DNA of 64,000 bases, from NCBI RefSeq assembly GCF_006345805.1, contig NC_042997.1, forward strand, positions 70,866,001 to 70,930,000, read 5' to 3'. The translations under genes and the position numbers were made by a program. This DNA comes from Octopus sinensis. Lineage: Eukaryota. Positions 52,700 to 64,000 of the stretch are shown here, piece by piece; positions within the stretch are counted from its first letter, which is position 1, and the number at the start of each line of letters is the position of its first letter. The notes below the pieces were generated by a model. The model was given only the letters and a program-made list of their open reading frames with translations, did no database searches and was not told where the DNA came from.

Positions 52700-53560
52700 T
52701 AACTGCTATTAAACATCCTCATTTATTTTCTTTCACTCCTGCTGTCCCTTTATAACTGGAAGTTCGACTATAATTAAATTTGTAGCAGTTGGACAACGTA
52801 GAACCTCTAAATATTAGACGGATACAATAGAGTGTTTTGCTCATAATTTCGAGGCAAGCGGTATCAACCACTTGGAGCATTAAAATGCACTCTGATGTCG
52901 AAGTTTGGAACATGCCCCTCCTGGAATGTTCACACATAAATGTTAGTATATCTCTCTCTTTGATGTTCAAGAGAGTAGATACGTAGAGCTTTCAGACGGT
53001 CGCAGTAATTAAAGCTTTTAATCAAAGTTAGTTAACAGGTGATAGTTCTTTATAATCCTTAAATTTCTCCTACAGGACCAAATATGTTTGAAGACCAAAG
53101 CTGTGAGCAGTAAACTGATCTTCTCAGAACTAAGCTTTTGTGTAGTGTTATCATAACAATCATTTTTCTTGTCACGAAAGTTCGAAGGATCCATCGTATG
53201 AAACAATCGTTTTTCTTGTCACGAATGTTCGAAGGACCTATCGTATGAGATGTCTGAATTTAGAGGTAATTTTGGTGATTCGGCAGATGAAATATGCACC
53301 ATAAGTCCTGTAGTTAATTGGCGCTCTGAATCATTGTGTTATCGGATGTGAAATAATGTGATTTGTGTGTATTCCCTGCGTGATGAAGAACTTGAATGCA
53401 TTGAATTTCATATTGTTTTTATCTGCAAATTGATAAATCAGGTTTAGCTTATTATGGAGTGTGACGGTATCTTCTGGAGTTTGGATAGCCATCGATATTT
53501 TTCTGTCACTGGCTGAGTGCACCTGTAAACTTATACTCGAAGAATGACGATAAGGCGTAA
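52700..53560 (-). mobile_element. Decayed LINE RT C-terminal region (CR1/L2/Jockey-group-like)
   Basis: ASDRKISMAIQTPEDTVTLHNKLNLIYQFADKNNMKFNAFKF matches the ADDxKI...LQxDLxxIYxWAxxNNMxFNxxK pattern. Confidence 0.7.
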
Positions 53561-53691
53561 TGCTCTTCATCTTTAGTGCTCTGCGGGTTCTATGACCATT
53601 ACTATTTGCCGCAATAAACAAATATATATTAGACAATAGTTATATGACAGTTTCAAATAATCCTTCCATGTTCAAGAATTTCAAAATATAT

Positions 53692-53729
53692 CCTTACCTG
53701 TAAAAAACAGAAATACGAATATTTAAGTA
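53692..53729 (-). promoter_or_regulatory. Candidate recursive splice site (YAG|GTAAG) in the upstream intron
   Basis: Minus strand TACTTAAATATTCGTATTTCTGTTTTTTACAG|GTAAGG: branch-like motif, pyrimidine tract and CAG immediately followed by GTAAG; junction 53698/53697. Confidence 0.45.
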
Positions 53730-55039
53730 TATATGTGCAAGCACATTAAGATAGGGTTTACATTGTAAGGAAATATTTGAAAAATTGTGATAAAGAATCC
53801 TCGTGCATCAAGTGACAAAATACGTATTTTAGTAATTAAATAAATAAAATCTAGAAAACGAAACTAACTACATTTGCAACCGAAAATGCAAAACAAGAAA
53901 ATAAATATAGAAGAATATAGTGAATGACCAGCTCATTCCATCATTATGATTAAAACACTTCCATCGAAGTGAGCATAGAAGTAGACTAAATGGCTAAACT
54001 ACTAGAAGAGATTGTAACAGAATAAGAGAGAGGTTATTAAATGAAAACGTACAGCATACATTATCTAAAATTAAGTTGATGGCCTAAACGTCGAGGCAAA
54101 ATTGGTAAGTAGAAGTGAGAGAGTGAGAGAGAAATGGAGAAAAGGAAAGAGAAAGAGAGAAATGAAGAAGCCAAAATATCTGTACTACAGTCTATCAGAA
54201 CTTCTCAGTGATCTAACCGCGTTTATTTGATTTCTTTAAATACGCCAAATCCCTCTCGAGTAAGAAAATCAAAGCCTTAGATTGACATTCGAAACAGGGC
54301 TGAACTGAGCGAAGCACAGGCAACAACTGCTTAGCAACAAAATTCAAAATAAAAATACAAACTATTTTAAAAAAATTCCTCGTAACTCGATGCGCACTAT
54401 TCCAAAATGATGTTCTATCGGATGAATACGACGTTCAGTTGTGCCAAAGGCCAAACAATGGTCGGTTATGCCTCCCTTGTTCATCACTAGCATATTTGAT
54501 TCAATTCAACATTCCATTCTATTATAAAGTGCAAAACTTTAGGGAGGCATCCTAAACTATTTCATGATGATATAGGAAATAATTACCATTTGCGATAGAC
54601 GATAGATTGAGTCGTGAAGCCAAAAACTATCTGTGTAAATGTGTGTGTATGTATACACGCATCCATTTATATACCCATACGCAAAGGTAATTCTTAACTT
54701 CACAAATTAATCAACCATATATCAGATATTCACATGCGCGCACACACACACACGCATGCATATGCACACATGTAAATACACATGCATATGTACACATGTG
54801 TTTTGTGTACAACTGTGAGTGTCGGTGTCGATGTCGGCGTATGTGTAACTTTGCCTAGTGGTTCGACAAAGAGTTGAATAAAATAAACATCAGGCTTAAA
54901 AGTAAAAAAAAAGTAGGCTCAATGTAAGCTTTTGAATTATTGAAGTCGTTTTCCAAGATTACAACAATTAAAGTATATATAAAACCAACACACACACACA
55001 TACGTACATACTCAGACACGTATACAGACACTCACATCG

Positions 55040-55600
55040 ATATATATAATTCATTTAAAAAGAAAACGGAGAGAAAAGACAAGAAAAAACAACAACAACG
55101 CAAGCACGTGGTACATGCAAAGTATTAATAAGATGCTCAGAGAAGGACAGAAAGAGTGGTTGTTTTACGTTTCGAGCAAAGCTCTTCTTCGAAAATAGGA
55201 GCCACAAGAAAGTCCAAAAGAAAAGGAAGAAGGAGGGAAAAATTGCCAACATTCCACGTGCAGTTACATACACACACTCATACATATATACGTAAGAATC
55301 GCATGGAAATAAGTAGGTCCAATTCCTCACAGCGACATCCCATACTCTTTCGTAGCATACTCTAATTACATACACAATTACAAATAGGCTTATATATAAA
55401 GGGAAATTTTACGAAAATAAACAAAAAGCGAAGGCAAGTGGTGTACAAACAAACAGATGTATTAGTATAGCGCTCAGGAATAGAAAAAGTCTTTTACGTT
55501 TCGAGCCTACGCTCTTCTACAGAAAGATACACAGAAAAAAAACAAAGAGAGAAACAAGGAGAGAAAAAATATGTGTGTAGTAGCTAACGATCTATCATGG
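55040..55600 (-). mobile_element. Two tandem Penelope-terminal-like units, each with a minimal hammerhead motif
   Basis: 55527-55490: TCTTT-CTGTAGA-A-GAGCgtagGCTC-GAAACGTA-AAAGA. 55195-55163: TTT-TCGAAGA-A-GAGCtttGCTC-GAAACGTA-AAA. Confidence 0.65.
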
Positions 55601-55729
55601 CAGTGAGTGTGGATAGGTGTTTAAATATTTATATATATACACACACAAATATGCAAGAGGGTGTGCGTACGCGCACTTGTGGGCCTATCTATCTATCTCT
55701 CTATCTATCTCTTACTCTTTTCTTTTCTC

Positions 55730-56233
<504 letters not shown>

Positions 56234-56286
56234 AAAACGTCAAGGTGGAAAATGCTAAAATAATTGTTCTTTCAACCTTCTACACA

Positions 56287-56340
<54 letters not shown>

Positions 56341-56899
56341 TACTCTTTTACCTGTTTCAGTCATTTGACTGCGGCCATGTTGGAGCACCGCGTTTAGTCG
56401 AGCAAATCGACCCCAGGACTTATTCTTTGTAAGCCTAGTACTTATTCTATCGGTCTCTTTTGCAGAACCGCTAGGTTACGGGGACGTAAACACACCAGCA
56501 TCTGTTCTCAAGCGATGTTGGGGAAACAAACATAGACACACAAACATACACACACACACATACATACATATATATATATATATATATGTTTCCCCAACAT
56601 CGCTTGACAACAGATGCTGGTGTGTTTACGTCCCCGTAACCTAGCGGTTCTGCAAAAGAGACCGATAGAATAAGTACTAGGCTTACGAAGAATAAGCCCT
56701 GGGATCGATTTGCTCGACTAAACGCGGTGCTCCAACATATATACGACGGGCTTCTTTCTGTTTCCGTCTACCAAATCCTCTCACAAGACTTTGGTCGGCC
56801 CGGGGCTATAGTAGAAGACACTTGCCCAAGGTGCCACGCAGTCGGACTGAACCCGGAACCATGTGGTTGGTAAGCAACCTACTTACTACACAGCTACTC

Positions 56900-56903
<4 letters not shown>
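56341..56903 (-). mobile_element. SINE family A containing an internal 152-bp inverted duplication
   Basis: 3' half 56341-56540 and 5' half 56741-56903 are both on minus; 56587-56738 is the reverse complement of 56377-56528. Confidence 0.92.
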
Positions 56904-56949
<46 letters not shown>

Positions 56950-57581
56950 GTGTGTGGGTGTGTGCATATATATGCAAGTATGTTTGTGTGCGAGTCTGCG
57001 TGTGAGTATGTCTATGTGCGCGTGTTTGTGTCTGTATGTGAAGAAGGAAACAAAGAAAAAAAGAGAGTGACAGACAAAAGTTGCACTAAGGTAAACGAAA
57101 ATGAAAGAAGGCATACATAACGACAATTGCAGCAACAACAATAGAATAAAAAAAAGCCTTCGCAAAGAGGGTTTTCCTTTGAGGCAGATGTTGAAGAATG
57201 TTTTCGTTTCTCTCATATGGTTTTTCATAGATTTTTATTCCAGTTCTAAAAGCCGGTCTTCTGCCGTAATCTTAACCTTTATCTTCCACCCTTGACTTCA
57301 TAACTTTCATAATCTTACTACAAACCGGCCATTTCCTTTATTTTCAATGTGGAATGTTTCCTTATTTATTTATATATTGCTTTGATTGTTTCTTTTTTTT
57401 CTATGATGTTTTGTTGTTTTTTGTTAGTGACATTCTTATTTTAAAATATTTTTCTTATGTTTTAAACGTAAAGATAAGATAAAAATAAAAAAACAAGCGA
57501 ATATATATATGCGCACACGCATACAAGAATATATGCGTGTGTATTTCTGTGTTTATACTAGCGTGTATATACTTATATATA

Positions 57582-57619
<38 letters not shown>

Positions 57620-57853
57620 TATATATATACATACATACATAGTACACAGACAGACGCGTGTATGTATTTATTTGAAAGAAAGAATAAGCATACATATTAT
57701 GCTGTGCATGTGTACGTAAATATATGTACACGCTCACACACACACACACGCACAAATATATATATACATATATCTATGTTTATACATATATATATATACA
57801 AATATATATGTAATCACATATATATATATAAAATGCATGTATATGTATATATA

Positions 57854-57915
<62 letters not shown>

Positions 57916-60900
57916 GCATACATATATACATATATATATGTGTGTGTGTGTTTGTGTGTATGAATACATGCATATATACATGTGTACATAAAACTGTTCA
58001 CATTCATGTTTTTTTCGTGTTTGGTATTATTTTGTCTTACTACCCCACGCTTTATAGTTTTAACAATAATGTACAAGACACATGTTAAAAAATATGTTTT
58101 AACCATAAGGTTGGCTTGAAGATATATGTAAAAACCATGTATGAATGACATTTCCATCAACCTTCGGTGTTTCTAGGTCTTTTGATTCGGTTATTGAGTG
58201 TTTCGTTCAGTTCTTTTCTCTCTTTATGTAGGTGTGTGTGTGTATGTATGTATATATTTATACATGTGTTTATGTATTTATATGTATGAATGAATGTATG
58301 TGTTTCTCTTTCTGTTAGTTTATTTGTGGATATGTATGAGTTTTCTGTGTCTGCTTTTCTCCGTATGCCTGTATATGTACACACTCACACACACACGCGC
58401 ACAATACATACATTTATACATACATGCATGCTTGCATATATACATACATACATACAAACATACATTAGATACAGACTACACGCTTACATTATCTATATAT
58501 ACGCTGAAATGCTTAAACTCACACATATACATCCTTATATCTTGTATATACATATATATACATATATATTTTATATATACAAATATATTTGATGTCTGTT
58601 CGTGGTCTTCTGGATGTCCTTATGTATAGCTATATAAATTTGCGTTTGCGAGCGCATTCTGCATTGGATCTTCTCTTGTATACCACTGAATCCTTCATAA
58701 ATAAGTGCATTAGATTTAAGCTCTTGCTAAGATCCTGAGCAAGCAATAGCTTAGTATAACAGCTGTTACTACATAATATAAGATAAAATACGATGTTGTA
58801 ATTGGCGATTTGTTTTGAACTCGCAACATGAATCTCAAAGCTTTGCTTGCAAAAACAGAATTATTAATTACCAAAGTTTCAACAGAATCCTCAAGAGGGA
58901 CAACATGTCCAACTGATTTAGATAGAAAAATGCGCATTGTAATCTTGTAATACTTATATATTCTTGTGTTACGGTAGCTAAAAATGAAAATAAATGTAAG
59001 ATATGTATACATTCTAAACGTGTAAATAAATTTCATTCAAACTATCGTCAGCTACTTGAGATATAAAGGCAAATCTGTTTTGTTAAGCACCTGTTTCGAT
59101 CCAATTTTGTGCTGGCTCTGTTGACATATTAAAAGTCTCCTACTAAGACCTAGTCCTATATCTTTTGTTAGTGCACTTTAGTAGACAATCTAAGATACAG
59201 CCTATCGTATAATAGGGTAACTATTTGTTTGTGTATATATGTGTGGGTGAGTGTGTGTATGTGTATGTGTGTGTGTGTGTGCGCGCGTGTGTGTTGGCGT
59301 GTGTGTGTGCGTGTGTGCATGTTCTGTTAATTGATTGACGCCGGGATATTTCTGTTATATAAGCTATGAAATGGGTAATGGTTGTTCATAAACGCATTTG
59401 TTACTTTTGCTTCACTCTATTCATTCCGTCCTCGACACTGTATGCACATCACCATATCATCTCTTCTCGCTGTTCACCACTTCATCCTTATTACTACTAC
59501 ATTAACTTAACTTTAGTTTTAGTTTGTAGAATTTTTCCTCTAACGACTTGATGGTGTAGAGAAAACAACCTGTGCATAATTGCGTTCTCACAGAATTCAC
59601 GCATGATCGGATTTCTTCACCATATCTCCCTTCTCAATAAATGATATGTTGTCACATTCTTCATCGATTGTCTAGAATAATCCATACATAAAACACCGGG
59701 TAACTATGCTCTAGATAACACTAGGACTATATCAGTACCTAACTTTACTGCATATTCGTATCGAGTATGCTATTTTTTATTAATATAAATTACTTTTCAT
59801 AGCATCTATCAAATTACTTGCGTACATTAAATTTTGCTCAGAATCCACTGGATAATCCGTGGCTAAATTACTTCGCTGGATCACCCTTATAATCGTATGG
59901 TCGCGGTGCAAATATTTTATCGAGATATCTAATTCTTTTCGAAGATTTCTATAAGCGGATCTCTTCATATATTTTCTTTGGAAACCTTTGTGATTTTAAT
60001 GTTGTTAGGACAGTTACAATCGGACATTTCCTAAAGTATAGGACACATATACCTTCATGAATAGAGACTAATATTAGTGAAAGTGAACACTAGAAAGTAA
60101 TAAATTAAAATATTCAGAAACCCCACATCAAATTTAAATCCAGTTACTCACGTGTCACCAAAAATCACCATTTGAATTAGTTATGTATATTAAAACATCT
60201 TCGTGCTTTCGCAAGAAAAGATAGGAAAAAAAGTAACACTAAAGTAAAATAATAAATTCAATAGTAATCTGGGTTAATTTCGAAAGTAACCCACATTTTC
60301 CCTTTTTTATTTTGTTACACATATATAAACGACATGGTATTAAGTATTCGCATGTTTAAATCTATAAAAATTCTGTTTCTTTTTTTTATTTTTCAATTTT
60401 GTAACAATATTTCCTTTGTGCAAAAAAGAAATACAAAACAAAGCGGCTTTCACAATTTAACCCGTTTGTTATACTATCAAACACTCTTCTCCTTGTTGCA
60501 TTGTCTCGACCTCATAATATGTCTGGTTGTGTGTCATAACATATAATCACATCTAAAACTAAATGTTGGTTTTAGCTAACATATTTTACAAGAATTAAAT
60601 TTCTGATAGAATGAGATAGTGTTTTCTTCTCTTTCTACTTGATCTTAATCACAATACTCATTTCTTTCCTTCTTTCCTTCTTTCCTCGTGTATGTGTGTA
60701 TATATGTGCGTGCGCACTCTATTTATTTTGTGCTTTCTTTCCAACATTTCAGTAGGAATTTTTACTAGATTCAAACCCATCAGAAAGAGAAAGAGAATTT
60801 GTGTCGACAAGTTATTCGCCTATAGAAATATGTGATCTTAGACGTAGCCAGGCGTGTTAATCTAGATGCTCTGTCCAGAGGAATATATTTTTTGCGATAG

Positions 60901-63192
60901 TATTCATTCATAAAACTACATTTTTTACTTCTAAATTATTTAAGATATTTAATGCCGTCTAAATTCAAAGCTGTGCTCGTACCATATATTAATGTTATAA
61001 ATCCAATAATGTACCTATCTGATAAGGGTCTAGGGAATAAGGAATATATTATTCCTAGATTAGAAATAAAGGTTATATGCTCATACTCAGCTTGAATGTG
61101 ATTAAAACGTTAATGTAATGAAGGGTTTAATAATTCGAGAAATGCTTTAACCTTCTCAGTTATTTTAGTTTCTGCGTTGTTAAGTTGAATATATTAAGAA
61201 TCAATTTTTCTCTTCAAAATGTATTTATTTAAAATTTCGTGTCCCTATTTAAGTATATTTGAGTCGATATATTTTCTCGTTTGTCTGCGTTAGTAAAATG
61301 TCTTTGGTCACTTATGCCAGTAATTTCTGTGAAATCAGTACTGTAAATACTTATAGTGAACTGGATTTCACTCAAACGGATTTACTCAACCAGCAAAATT
61401 CAGTATTTATATAAATGATTGAAGATCGGGAGTATTTTAGACATGCTAGAATGGAAATAAATGCTTTGTATAATGTTTGCTTATTACCCGCCTCTCATGG
61501 TCGATAGACTCCAGTCAATTACTTGGGCTGAGGTATCCGATTGTTCTCAAACTAAACATATATGACGTAGATGTATATGAGCGGCATTAAACAATAATAC
61601 ATGTTCCTACAGTGTAGAGATCACCACACAGGTTTCAATTCTCGTCTTTTCTCCTTACGCAGCTGCGAAGAAGATTTGACCAATAAGAACTAAATGAACG
61701 ATAAGTGAAGTTTTTGTAATGATTAATTTGGAGTATATGGTAAATCTAAGGATTTATGAATATCTGAACGTGAAGGAACAAAAATGTGGTGATATTTTGA
61801 ATAAGTGCATGGCAAGTAGTAACCTTCCTGGCTTAGACTTTGTTGGAATTATTTCCCTTGAAATATTTGTTTTACATGGATTCCTAGCATGGTCGTAATC
61901 TAATGACTGAAACAAATGAAAGATAAAATAAATGGCTTCTGTCTGATTCTTGATAAATTGGGAGAATTTTGTTATTTGGATCAAATTAGGTCGCATTTGC
62001 CTTTAGCTTGACTGAGTATACAGTCATGCGTGTAAGAGAAATGGAAATCTAAATAGTGAAATTTAAAAAAAAAACAGAATTTGGCAAAGACCTGAGTTTC
62101 TCATAAAGATCTGCCATGAAATATATTGTTAAATCGACTGGAATTTTTCTTGTACATTTAGGTATGAAATCTGAAGAAATATTAACGGTTCTTATAAAGT
62201 TTTCGTGATTCATCAAAGCCAACAAGTGTTTGAACTTTAAAAATCTATATTGCTACGAATTTCAACTGAAGTCTGATATCAGAAAGAGATGTTCAAAGTA
62301 CAGTCAATGCGGATCGCCAAGTTAGAGTAGCATTGTTCGAAATAGCTAAATTTTTTTACAGCTATACAATATATTCTGTTTGATAAATGCAATTTGGTAG
62401 ATTTATATAAATATATAAAAATTCCTTATGTAAAACCAGTTCTTCACAAGCTTGTAAGTTACACGATAATATATTCTTAAATAATTTATTTTCTCTTCAT
62501 TAATGTTGTGTACTGTTGGAACTAACAGTCATAACTATTCTTATTTCTTCTTCCTCCACGCAAAAAAATAAAGAACTGGCTAGAATTCTTGTTGAATAGA
62601 AATCAAAATATTTGTGCAAAATTATTGCTAAATTAGGTTATTATTTGTAATCTGATATATTTGTATGAAAGTGTACTACAGTCCAAATTGCTTTATCTCC
62701 AATATTATACTAAGTACTCAGTAAAGACCTTGCTTCGATTAGAAGGATCTATATAATTGAAACATGCACGGAAATATCACTGCACATGCGAAGGATCAAA
62801 CATACAACCTTCTTCATGCTATATTTTAAATTTTATTTAAGCTTTCTCACTATGGGTGTAGGTGTATATTTTATCAATTATAATACTTATTCTTACTATA
62901 TAAAGTATGTTAATACTAACTTAAATGTCGGTAATAGGTAATTTGCAAGTCCAGTCAAAACTGTACAATTAGAAATGGGTTCCAAATCAATACATTTGTA
63001 ATTTAAGTTCAATGGAATTTGAAGTGAGATAAAACGGTTAAATCAGATTCTATAAGACGGTTGTTGCTACCACAGATATTTCTCGGTTAAGTTGCCCTGC
63101 AATATATCTGACATTTATTTGTCTATAATCCTAATTTGATCCAAATAACAATATTCTCGCAATTTATCAAGAATCAGGCAGAAACCATACAT

Positions 63193-63550
63193 ATTTTACT
63201 TTTTATTTGTTTCAGTTATTAGATTATGACCATGCTAGGGCGCTGCCTTGAAGAATTATTAGTTGAATGAATCGACCCCCAGTTCTTATCTTTTTTTAAA
63301 AACCTGGTAGTTATTCAATCGTTATTTTTTGCTGAACCATTACGATACGGGAACGTAAGATCACCAAGTTCGGTTGTCACGCAGCGGTGAGGAACAAACA
63401 CAGACACAAGGCGTGTACCAAATCCTCTCACAAGGTTTTGACAAGACGAGGCTATAGCAGAAGACACTTGCCCAAGATACTACGCAGTAGGACTGGATCT
63501 GGAACCATGTGGTAGAGAAGGAAGTTTCTTAACACACATACACGCCTGCG
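63193..63550 (-). mobile_element. Diverged SINE family A
   Basis: TTTGTTTCAGTTATT...AATCGACCCC...GAAGACACTTGCCCAAG...GGAACCATGTGG...ACGCCTG. Confidence 0.8.
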
Positions 63551-64000
63551 CATATATTAATAGCATTTTATAAATTTCAAAATATGCATAGAAATTGAGC
63601 CTGCTGACACATCAATTTCTAAAATAATAAAAATTTAATCAGGATTATTAAACAAGATATCAACAGCGATCCAACAAAGCGTACGCGCGCGCACACATGC
63701 ACACAGACCAATAACATAAGCACACACACATGCATTCGCACACATACACAAATAGATATAGACATGCATATAGGCAATACACACACATATACATTTGTAT
63801 TTATATGCATGCGTGCATGTAGTATGTATGTATGCATATATGTATGTGTGTATATACACACACGCGCATATATATAACAAGAATTAGAATGAACTAGATG
63901 AAACTAGTTACAGTGGTCAATAGCTTGAGTTTGGAACAGCGGAGACGAATAAAATTATATTATAAGCTGAAGAATAATATTTGGTCAATTGAAACAATGT

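Noticed and set aside
53160-53250. Short direct tandem duplications (about 47 bp here; also near 34445-34480 and 49128-49190)
   Set aside because: Ordinary slippage products inside decayed repeats.
53698-53790. Possible LIM1 exon ending TAC AG|GTAAG in the matching phase
   Set aside because: The upstream frame has no LIM Cys/His pattern; retained only as a recursive-site candidate.
59780-59970. Possible hAT dimerisation-domain remnant (SAYR...IKYL...SNLA)
   Set aside because: The similarity is too sparse to call without a profile search.

Overview
AT-rich, microsatellite-dense animal genomic DNA. The repeat content suggests a coleoid cephalopod, most likely Octopus (inference). The only host coding sequence I can support is one 416-nt minus-strand exon (46727-46312) of a LIM-homeobox gene of the Lhx2/9 (apterous) class, encoding LIM domain 2 and the basic linker. 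I found no LIM1 or homeobox exon by eye, so the rest is probably two very large introns (>17 kb and >46 kb). These are filled with tRNA-derived SINEs (at least three families), Tc1/mariner relics and a MITE, non-autonomous Helitrons, a Penelope-like element and decayed LINEs. A roughly 10-kb same-orientation pile of R4/Dong-type retrotransposons is interleaved with (TAA)n arrays and a duplicated 555-bp putative partner element. Best leads: (i) four hammerhead-ribozyme-like motifs, two spaced 329 nt apart like a retrozyme, each with a core lesion; (ii) a candidate recursive splice site at 53698/53697; (iii) several long fold-back duplications that would form intronic dsRNA; (iv) oppositely oriented SINEs on either side of the exon, an arrangement that favours circRNA formation. 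All alignments and counts were done by eye.
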